NCBI GenBank assembly: GCA_026706845.1
Contig: JAPOXY010000082.1
Location: 15,779-79,778, forward strand
DNA: 64,000 nucleotides
From: Gemmatimonadota bacterium
GTDB taxonomy: Bacteria > Latescibacterota > UBA2968
Direction of reading: 5' to 3'
In this document: one piece after another, positions 28,556 through 36,281 of the stretch
Layout: every line of letters begins with the position of its first letter
Position numbering within the stretch: the first letter of the stretch is position 1
The notes under the pieces: generated by a model
Databases searched by the model: none
Told to the model about the DNA's origin: nothing
What the model saw: only the letters and a program-made list of their open reading frames with translations
Program-made: the position numbers and the translations under genes

Positions 28556-28609
28556 ATTGACCACATATCTGCGCTTTCCCGAAAATCTTGAACAAGAGGA
28601 GGAGTATCC

Positions 28610-30082
28610 GTGTCCAATCGCGAACATTTTCCTGTTGCGCCCAAACTTGCGTATGCATCCACGGGACTCGAACCGTATATCCCCTCGGCAGAACAGCCGT
28701 GGGACGAGCACCGGGCCGCACACCTCTTGCGGCGCACCCTGATTGGCCCAACGCCAAAAGAAATTTCAGAAGCTGTGCAAAGCACACCAGAAGCCGTTGT
28801 AGATCGCCTTCTGGAAATGCCTTTTTTGCCACCGAATCCACCCGCTCAGTGGGTTTATCAGGATCCATTTCAAAAACCCAATCAAGACCAGCGCAAAATC
28901 GAGCGCGCGCGCGTTGACGAGACCCGCGCCTGGTGGATGGCACTCATCGTCAACCAGGGGTTCTCAATTCAAGAGCGCATGGTGCTCTTCTGGCACGATC
29001 ACTTTGCCACCCAGGCAAAAGATGTCAGACGTCCACAGTGGATGTATCTCCAGAATTTCCTGTTTCGCAAACACGCCGTCGGCAACTTCAAAACAATCGT
29101 CGAGGGCGTCACGCGCGATCCAGCCATGATCTACTACCTCGACAGCAACTCCAACAGAGTGGGAAGACCCAATGAAAATTACGCCCGAGAACTCATGGAA
29201 TTGTTCACCATGGGCGAGGGCAGTACCTACACAGAACACGACATCGGAGAAGCGGCTCGCGCACTCACGGGGTGGATTGTCGTAGGCAGGCAACCCACTT
29301 TTAGAGAGAACCGATTCGACAAAGGCCAGAAGACATTCCTTGGACAAACCGGCAACTTCAATGAGCAAGACATTATCGATATCATCTTCCAGCAAGAAGT
29401 CACAGCCGAATTTATATGCGGCAAACTCTATCGCGAATTTGTCTATGAGCATCCAGACAAAAACGTCGTCTCGGAACTCGCGCAAATCATGCGCGACAAC
29501 AACTACGAAATCAAACCGGTTTTGAAGACATTGCTCTTGAGCCAGCACTTCTTCGATCCAGCCATCATCGGTGCCAAAATCAAAAGCCCCGTCGAACTCG
29601 TCGCTGGCACAGCGCGCAGTCTCGGTTTCAAAGCTGGCACAGGCAGGAGCATCAGTTCCGAGTACCTCGTTTACATCGCTCAGGTGCTCGGTCAAAAACT
29701 GCTCGATCCCCCCAATGTAGCCGGGTGGCCGGGATATCGACTGTGGATCAGTACGTCAACACTGCCCGAACGCCACAAAATGACCGACGAAATGGTCGAT
29801 GCCAGACCGCGCAATCCCAATCGTTACACCATCATCAACCCGGATACCGTGGGATTCGTCAAGGCATTTCCCGAACCCTATGACGCGGAAAAACTCGTTC
29901 GCGACATGGGAGAGTGTCTGACGGCTTTTCCGGTTGACGAATATCGCCTCGAAATGTTTTTGGAGACACTCCTCGAAGGCGCCGATGTCTATGACTGGAA
30001 TCCCGACGCGATTGCAGCACCCCGACGCATCAAGAATATTCTCAAACTCATCTTTGAATTGCCCGACTATCAACTGAATTAG
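28610..30082 (+). CDS. DUF1800 family protein
   Basis: GTG start behind GAGGAGG RBS; LFWHDHFATQAKDV..MIYYLDSNSN.. match DUF1800 hallmarks. Immediately followed by a DUF1501 gene, which is the canonical pairing. Confidence 0.75.
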   Translation: MSNREHFPVAPKLAYASTGLEPYIPSAEQPWDEHRAAHLLRRTLIGPTPKEISEAVQSTPEAVVDRLLEMPFLPPNPPAQWVYQDPFQKPNQDQRKIERARVDETRAWWMALIVNQGFSIQERMVLFWHDHFATQAKDVRRPQWMYLQNFLFRKHAVGNFKTIVEGVTRDPAMIYYLDSNSNRVGRPNENYARELMELFTMGEGSTYTEHDIGEAARALTGWIVVGRQPTFRENRFDKGQKTFLGQTGNFNEQDIIDIIFQQEVTAEFICGKLYREFVYEHPDKNVVSELAQIMRDNNYEIKPVLKTLLLSQHFFDPAIIGAKIKSPVELVAGTARSLGFKAGTGRSISSEYLVYIAQVLGQKLLDPPNVAGWPGYRLWISTSTLPERHKMTDEMVDARPRNPNRYTIINPDTVGFVKAFPEPYDAEKLVRDMGECLTAFPVDEYRLEMFLETLLEGADVYDWNPDAIAAPRRIKNILKLIFELPDYQLN

Positions 30083-30121
30083 ACTTGAGGCCTGCCTGTT
30101 AGCCTCCAGAAGGAGCTCGTT

Positions 30122-31555
30122 ATGAACAGACGCGACTTTATGAAAAATGCGACTCGAGGTGGTGCCGGATTTGCGCTCGGTGGTTTTATGACGCGGGCTT
30201 ATGGGCGCGCCGAAGCCGTTGGTCCCCTGGCCGCAGCAGCCCTCAGCGAGACCGACCGCGTGCTCGTTATCATTCGCCTCAATGGTGGTAATGACGGCCT
30301 CAACACCCTGGTCAATTTTGAAAACGATGCCTATTATCAGGCGCGTCCCAAAATCCACATCAAAAAATCAGAAGCCCTCAGACTCACCCCAGCACAGGGC
30401 CTGCATCCTCGACTCACCGGATTCAAAGAACTCTATGACGAAGGTCAAATGATGATCATGCAGGGGGTGGGTTATCCCAATCCCAACCGATCACACTTCC
30501 GGTCAACCGACATCTGGTTGACCGCATCGAATTCCAATGAATTTTTGAACCACGGTTGGCTGGGGCGCTATTTTGAATCCCAGACTCCGGGCTTCCCGGA
30601 CACCTTGCCAGAACATCCTCTTGCCGTTGACATCGGTCCCGTGCTTTCTCTTGCCTTATTGGGCAAAAACGGTGCCATGGGCATTGCCCTGCGCAACCCC
30701 AGGCAATTTGTCAATCTCGTGGAGCAGGGCAACAAAATTATCGAAGATGGTAAAATTCCCACACCGGCAGGATATGAACTCGACTTTATCCGCCGCATCA
30801 ACTTTGAATCCCTGCAATATTCCTCACAGGTCAGAGATGCCGCAAATAAAGGCGCGAACAGGGTTGAATACCCCACCGGGAATTCGCTCGCCAACCAGCT
30901 CAGTCTGGTCGCGCGGTTGATCGCAGGCGGCTTGAAATCCAAAGTGTACCTGGTCTCACAGGGCGGATACGACACACATTCCAATCAGCTCAACCGCCAC
31001 AACACCCTGATGGGATATCTCAACGACGCAGTCACGTCTTTTGTTCAAGACCTGCGGCAACATCAGTTACAAGACCGCGTGCTCGGCATGAGCATTTCGG
31101 AATTTGGTCGTCGAACCAAAGAAAACGGCAGCGCAGGTACCGATCACGGCACATCAGCGCCCATGTTCTTCTTTGGCCCATCGGTTCAGGCGGGCATTGC
31201 AGGTCCATCCCCCAACTTTGGGCAGGTTGACAGGCGCGGTGACTTTTACTACGATCACGATTTCCGCCATGTCTATGCCTCAGTGCTCAACCAGTGGTTT
31301 GACGTATCGCAAGATGTTGTCTCAAGCATCTTTTCATCCAATACGTCTCACATACCCATTCTCAGACCATCACCACTATCACCCCTCGAACTCGCCAAAG
31401 TTGACTTTAATGCCGACGGCAAACTCGACTTTACCGACTTTCTCGAATTTGCCCAGGCATTCGGTACCAACGAAACCAAATACGACTTAGACGGCGATGG
31501 CAACGTTGGATTTGGCGATTTCTTGAGATTTGTCGATGCTTACCGAAACCGTTAA
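30122..31555 (+). CDS. DUF1501 (sulfatase/alkaline-phosphatase-like) protein with Tat signal and C-terminal dockerin-like tail
   Basis: MNRRDFMKNATRGGAGFALGG twin-arginine signal; GTDHGTSAPMFFFGPSVQAGIAG DUF1501 core. C-terminus DFNADGKLDFTDFLEFAQAFG + DLDGDGNVGFGDFLRFVDAY is a two-repeat dockerin/EF-hand-like pattern. Confidence 0.85.
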   Translation: MNRRDFMKNATRGGAGFALGGFMTRAYGRAEAVGPLAAAALSETDRVLVIIRLNGGNDGLNTLVNFENDAYYQARPKIHIKKSEALRLTPAQGLHPRLTGFKELYDEGQMMIMQGVGYPNPNRSHFRSTDIWLTASNSNEFLNHGWLGRYFESQTPGFPDTLPEHPLAVDIGPVLSLALLGKNGAMGIALRNPRQFVNLVEQGNKIIEDGKIPTPAGYELDFIRRINFESLQYSSQVRDAANKGANRVEYPTGNSLANQLSLVARLIAGGLKSKVYLVSQGGYDTHSNQLNRHNTLMGYLNDAVTSFVQDLRQHQLQDRVLGMSISEFGRRTKENGSAGTDHGTSAPMFFFGPSVQAGIAGPSPNFGQVDRRGDFYYDHDFRHVYASVLNQWFDVSQDVVSSIFSSNTSHIPILRPSPLSPLELAKVDFNADGKLDFTDFLEFAQAFGTNETKYDLDGDGNVGFGDFLRFVDAYRNR

Positions 31556-31582
31556 GCATCCAGCATCGTCTGAAACCATAAA

Positions 31583-31610
31583 AGCCCCGGTCCTGCACCG
31601 GGGCTTTACT
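31583..31610 (+). terminator. possible terminator after the DUF1800-DUF1501 operon
   Basis: AGCCCCGGTcctgcACCGGGGCT: 9-bp stem, followed by only a short TTT tract. Confidence 0.45.
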
Positions 31611-31637
31611 CATGGGCAATAGAGACGAGGCAAAACC

Positions 31638-33782
31638 ATGCAAAAATCCAAACGCGAAGTCACAATCTCCAACCGCTATCTCTACTTCTACGCCAGCCTG
31701 GTCAAACGCATCTACGGTCTGATCATCCGAAATGAACACAAAAACCAACCCGACGAGCGCTACACGGGCCATCTGGATGAAGATGGAATACCGAGTTCCC
31801 AGGATGCGCCTCATACAAAAGGCAGACTGCCCGACACACCTGTCCAGGATGAAATTGTCCTGTTTCGCTTTCGAAAACGCCTGCTCATAGGAACATGCCA
31901 GGCTGTTTTGCCCCGCAAAATTTCCGAAATCGCAGTCTTATCAGAAGATGGCCGACGCCTCCGCTTTCACCACCCCAACCTCGTCTATCTCACCGGCACC
32001 TCATCGCGCGATGTCCCACTCAAAACTTATGCAATGACCGTCCGCGCTTTGAGCCGGGAAATAGACCTCGAAGACGTATGGGAAATCGCCGTTGAAGCTG
32101 CGACCCCGCTTCCACTTTCAGAAATCGCCGACCTCTTCTACGATACAGAAATCGATGCGACACAATGGATCGCCCTCTATCTTCACCTGCACGGCGCCTG
32201 TCCTTATTTTCAACCTCTATCTTCCAACTCGTATTCGCCCTATACGGTTGATCAGGCATACTTCCGCCGTCAACACATCAGCCGCAAAAAAGATCGGGAT
32301 GAAGAACGCGAAGAATTTATCCATGTCATGGCGAATAATACCGAATCCATTGCAGAACACACACTGACCCAACGCCAGCAAACCTATCTGGAACAGATTC
32401 GACAATACGCATTGTGGGGCAGCGAATCCCAACACGCGACTCACGCTCAGGCATTGATCTCTGAAATTTGCAAAACCAAAAAAAACCGCCAAAAATCCGC
32501 AGTCGAACTACTCATCAAAAAAAAGGTCTGGAAACGCAATCAAAACCTCGACTTGCTCCGCGCCGAAGTTCCAACTTCATTTTTAGACCTCGTCATCCGC
32601 CAGGCAGAAACACTTGTGCCCACTTGTGGCAACCTGAAAAAACAACCCGTCTTTGTGATACACCCGCCCGATCATCCAAACATCGCCCTCTCGTATCGCC
32701 GCCGGTTCTTTGGAGGCGCAGAGTTTGGCGTACACATACCAGATATCGGCGCACTCATCCCCAAAAATTCGCACATCGACCGCGACGCTGCCGAGCGCAT
32801 GGCGCACATACCCTTTCCCGATCAACCCATTCCCATGCTACCCACGCGCTTTTCACACGACCTGGGCCAATTCCAGAGCGACAAAGCGCATCCAGCACTC
32901 AGCATCTTCTGGCGCGTGAATAGGGATAGCCACATCAAAGATTTTTGCATTGCGCAAACGGCCGCAATCAATAAAGCGGATCTTTCACCTGAAAACATTG
33001 ACCATGCACTGAATGACCCCGCTCACCCGCAGCACCGCGCCATACAATTCTTCTCGCAATTATCCGCACGCCTCCTCAAAAAGAGGCAAACAGCCATTCA
33101 CGACCTCGAGGAACAATCACCTCCAAATCACGCCCATCACATTGCCCGTGAACTATCTCTGCTCGCTGGCATAGCCGTTGGTCGGTGGTGCGAAAATAAA
33201 GGGATTCCCGCAATTTACGAAACACGCGATCCCATTGAAAATACCGAGTCTATCGTACAAATCTCTCACCCCATCGTGCGCCGCCACGAACTTCACCGCC
33301 AAACCCCGAACACCGGCCTCAGTACAACACCAGAAACACATCACGGCTATGGCATCTCGCATTATTGTCCCATCACCCAACCCACAACCAGATACACAGA
33401 CCTCGTAATGCAACGCCAGATCGATCACTACCTTAAAACCGACCAATCCCTCTACACAGTTGACGACCTCAACACCCTGCGCTACCGCATGTGGGAAACG
33501 CAGGACCTCATCGACGACCTGGTACACCGCCATACCCGCAACTTAATGTTACAATCGTGGGAAAATCAAATTGGTCGTGAATTTCGCGCCGTTGTCCTCC
33601 ACCTCAAAATGCGCGGCGTCCTCGTCGAACTCCTCAACCATCCCTTCAAAACAGTCATCTATCCGGGTTATCCCGTAGAAGTCGGCGACGAAATTGACCT
33701 GCGCCTGACGGGTATTGATCGCTGGAAAGGCTGGGCACACTTCACAGAAAAAACCTACCAGCAATCAGCAGTCGGCTTTTAG
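31638..33782 (+). CDS. RNB-domain (RNase II/R family) protein with substituted catalytic aspartates, plus C-terminal S1-like domain
   Basis: RNB motifs II-IV are alignable (VHIPDIGALIPKNSHIDRDAAERMAHIPFPDQPIPMLP; HHGYGISHYCPITQPTTRYTDLVMQRQI). Motif I reads FVIHPPDHPNIAL where RNase II has FTIDSASTEDMDDAL. Confidence 0.7.
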   Translation: MQKSKREVTISNRYLYFYASLVKRIYGLIIRNEHKNQPDERYTGHLDEDGIPSSQDAPHTKGRLPDTPVQDEIVLFRFRKRLLIGTCQAVLPRKISEIAVLSEDGRRLRFHHPNLVYLTGTSSRDVPLKTYAMTVRALSREIDLEDVWEIAVEAATPLPLSEIADLFYDTEIDATQWIALYLHLHGACPYFQPLSSNSYSPYTVDQAYFRRQHISRKKDRDEEREEFIHVMANNTESIAEHTLTQRQQTYLEQIRQYALWGSESQHATHAQALISEICKTKKNRQKSAVELLIKKKVWKRNQNLDLLRAEVPTSFLDLVIRQAETLVPTCGNLKKQPVFVIHPPDHPNIALSYRRRFFGGAEFGVHIPDIGALIPKNSHIDRDAAERMAHIPFPDQPIPMLPTRFSHDLGQFQSDKAHPALSIFWRVNRDSHIKDFCIAQTAAINKADLSPENIDHALNDPAHPQHRAIQFFSQLSARLLKKRQTAIHDLEEQSPPNHAHHIARELSLLAGIAVGRWCENKGIPAIYETRDPIENTESIVQISHPIVRRHELHRQTPNTGLSTTPETHHGYGISHYCPITQPTTRYTDLVMQRQIDHYLKTDQSLYTVDDLNTLRYRMWETQDLIDDLVHRHTRNLMLQSWENQIGREFRAVVLHLKMRGVLVELLNHPFKTVIYPGYPVEVGDEIDLRLTGIDRWKGWAHFTEKTYQQSAVGF

Positions 33783-34375
33783 CCCCCTTCCCACGCCGGA
33801 TACAAATCGTGCTCAATGCCCAATAAACTCAAAATTCGGCCAACCACGAAATCTGCCAAATCATCAAACGTCTCCGGCTTCTGATAAAATGCTGGCATCG
33901 CCGGCACCACAACAGCACCCGCTTCGGCCACCGCCACCATATTGCGCAATTGAATCAAATTCATCGGCGTCTCCCGCGGCACAATGATGAGCTTGCGGTG
34001 CTCTTTCAAAGCGACATCAGCGGCGCGCTCAATCAAATTGCGCGACAACCCATGTGCTATACTCGCCAGTGTTTTCATCGAACACGGCACCACCACCATG
34101 CCGTCTGATCGCGCCGAACCACTCGCCAGCGTTGCAGCGAGATTCTTAAGTGGATGCAGCGCCATATTATCTACCGAAACACCGTAAAGTTCCCGAATGA
34201 ATCTCCCAAAATCTCGCTGTTTTCCCTCAAAGCCCGCCTCGTCTCGAAGCAACATCCAGCCAAATTCGGATATCACCACATCCACCGCAACCTCGCGCAT
34301 CAGCAATGCGCGCAACGTGCGCAACGCATAAATAGCCCCACTTGCTCCGGTAATTGCAACCGTAATACGTCTCAT
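33779..34375 (-). CDS. ubiX: UbiX/Pad1 flavin prenyltransferase
   Basis: MRRITVAITGASGAIYALRTLRAL..; flavoprotein fold, ~198 aa from the internal Met. Confidence 0.85.
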   Translation of the reverse strand: MRRITVAITGASGAIYALRTLRALLMREVAVDVVISEFGWMLLRDEAGFEGKQRDFGRFIRELYGVSVDNMALHPLKNLAATLASGSARSDGMVVVPCSMKTLASIAHGLSRNLIERAADVALKEHRKLIIVPRETPMNLIQLRNMVAVAEAGAVVVPAMPAFYQKPETFDDLADFVVGRILSLLGIEHDLYPAWEGG

Positions 34376-34394
34376 AGCAAACAGGCCCCCAAGA

Positions 34395-35249
34395 TTACAA
34401 CAACAAATCGGCCAGTGTCCCGGCAAAATACACCACACTAACTACACCATTCATTGTCAAAGACGCCATACCCGCCTTTGACAAATCCCGATGTCTCACC
34501 AGATAGTGCTCATAAACCAGCAAGCCGCCCACGCACACCACGCCAGCCACATAAATCATCCCCAGATCAAACACCTGCCCCACGCACACCATCAAACCAA
34601 AAGCAATCACATGAAATATTCGCGCAATCCACAATGCGGGACCAACCCCAAATTTCTGCGGAATCGAATACACACCAAACCGTTGATCAAACTCGGCATC
34701 CTGACAGGCGTAAATCACGTCAAACCCCGCGACCCACATCAACACCGCGCCACCGAGCAGTAAAATCTTTGCATCCAATTGTCCCGTCACAGCGATCCAC
34801 GCTCCCACAGGCGCAAGAGACAATGCCAAACCGAGAAAAAGCTGCGTAGTCCACGTAAAACGCTTCGTATAAGAATAAAAAAACACAATGCCCAATGCCA
34901 CGGGCGACAGCATCAAACACAGTGAATTTAAATTATAAGCCGCAAAAACGAGCAGCGCAGAAAAAACGCACACAAACACCTTCACAGCACCTGCAGAAAT
35001 AACTCCCCGCGGCAACTCGCGATTGGCCGTGCGCAGATTGGCCGCATCCATCTTCCGATCCACGAGCCGATTAAAACCCATGGCAGCACTTCTCGCGCCC
35101 ACCATCGCCACCACAATCCAGAACACCTGTTCGGACGAAATCCCGTATCCAGCCGCCGCCAACGCCGCGCCTGAAAGCGCGAATGGCAAGGCAAAAATAC
35201 TGTGGCCGAATTTAATCATCCGACCATAAGTGACAATACCCTCAATCAT
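34395..35249 (-). CDS. UbiA family aromatic prenyltransferase (4-hydroxybenzoate polyprenyltransferase/MqnP-like)
   Basis: Multi-TM protein; FNRLVDRKMDAANLRTANRELPRG Asp-rich motif region. Start taken at MIEGIVTYG to avoid overlapping the upstream gene. Confidence 0.8.
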   Translation of the reverse strand: MIEGIVTYGRMIKFGHSIFALPFALSGAALAAAGYGISSEQVFWIVVAMVGARSAAMGFNRLVDRKMDAANLRTANRELPRGVISAGAVKVFVCVFSALLVFAAYNLNSLCLMLSPVALGIVFFYSYTKRFTWTTQLFLGLALSLAPVGAWIAVTGQLDAKILLLGGAVLMWVAGFDVIYACQDAEFDQRFGVYSIPQKFGVGPALWIARIFHVIAFGLMVCVGQVFDLGMIYVAGVVCVGGLLVYEHYLVRHRDLSKAGMASLTMNGVVSVVYFAGTLADLLL

Positions 35250-35256
35250 CACAGTC

Positions 35257-36120
35257 TTACCTTTGCCGGATAAACTTTTGCAACCGGCCATCTGTCTGCA
35301 CTTCTCCCACGTACAAATCGCCGTGTGAATCCAGCCAGATACCGTGCGGACACTTTTTGAACTCACCCGGAATATCGCTTTCAACCCCGCGCCCCCACTC
35401 GGACAATTTCTCGCCATCAACCGTCCAGATACTCACCCGCTGGTCCAATTCCGCGATATAAACCACGCCATCTTCGTCATCAATATAAACCGTATCGGGA
35501 TGGTGCAAACCCGTCCACTCGCCCTGAAAATTGCCCTCAGTATCAAAAAACTGAATGCGATTATTGCTCCGATCCGCCACCCACAAACGGTCATCCTTAT
35601 CGACCCGCACAGAATGCACCAGATCAAATTGCCCCGGACCAGTACCCGGTTCGCCCCAGGACTTGATCAACTCGCCATCGGGAGTAAACTTGTGCATTCT
35701 CGCATTGCCATACCCATCGGACACGTACATAAACCCTTCGGAGTCAAATGCCACATCGGTCGGCAACCGAAACGGCTCGCCCTCAGCGCCTTCCTGGTCG
35801 GGTGTCCCCACCGTCATCAACAACTCGCCATCGCAACTAAACTTCCGCAAACAATGCGTATTGCGCTCCACACAATAGACGTGATCTTCCGCATCAATAT
35901 AAATGCCATGCGCATCTTTCAACACATCTTCGCCCCACGAAGACAAAAAATTTCCCTCGCGATCAAATACCACCATCGGGTGCTCGCTGCGACTGTACAC
36001 ATAAACGCGATCCTGCGAATCAACAGCCACCGCCGGTACCCATCCAAACGACCAGCCTTCGGGTAGCGTCCACCAATTTTCCTGCACCGTATAGACATAG
36101 TCCCCTTGTCCAAATGTCAT
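35257..36120 (-). CDS. NHL-repeat six-bladed beta-propeller protein
   Basis: Repeated blade motifs (DRVYVYSRSEH; HGIYIDAEDHVYCVERNTH; PTDVAFDSEGFMYVSDGYGNARMHKF; HSVRVDKDDRLWVADRSNNRIQFF; IWLDSHGDLYVGE); no signal peptide. Confidence 0.75.
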   Translation of the reverse strand: MTFGQGDYVYTVQENWWTLPEGWSFGWVPAVAVDSQDRVYVYSRSEHPMVVFDREGNFLSSWGEDVLKDAHGIYIDAEDHVYCVERNTHCLRKFSCDGELLMTVGTPDQEGAEGEPFRLPTDVAFDSEGFMYVSDGYGNARMHKFTPDGELIKSWGEPGTGPGQFDLVHSVRVDKDDRLWVADRSNNRIQFFDTEGNFQGEWTGLHHPDTVYIDDEDGVVYIAELDQRVSIWTVDGEKLSEWGRGVESDIPGEFKKCPHGIWLDSHGDLYVGEVQTDGRLQKFIRQR

Positions 36121-36229
36121 CACATCCTCCTTGTCAGGTAAGAGAGGCATCCCTGCCTCGACATTGAAGTTTCACACATGCGTACGTCAATCACACGCCA
36201 TTGCAATATACACTACAATTTGAGCGCAA

Positions 36230-36264
36230 AAAGAAAAAAAGCTCTGGAAACCCAGAGCTTTTTT
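36230..36264. terminator. bidirectional rho-independent terminator downstream of the protease gene
   Basis: aaagaaaaaaaGCTCTGGaaacCCAGAGCtttttt. Confidence 0.75.
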
Positions 36265-36281
36265 CGAGTAATCATCGCATA

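Noticed and set aside
28418-28560. Possible CRISPR array, given the repeated 35-bp element
   Set aside because: Only two copies. The repeats are AT-rich promoter/operator-like sequences with internal dyad symmetry. They sit directly upstream of a gene start, with no cas genes and no further repeat-spacer periodicity.
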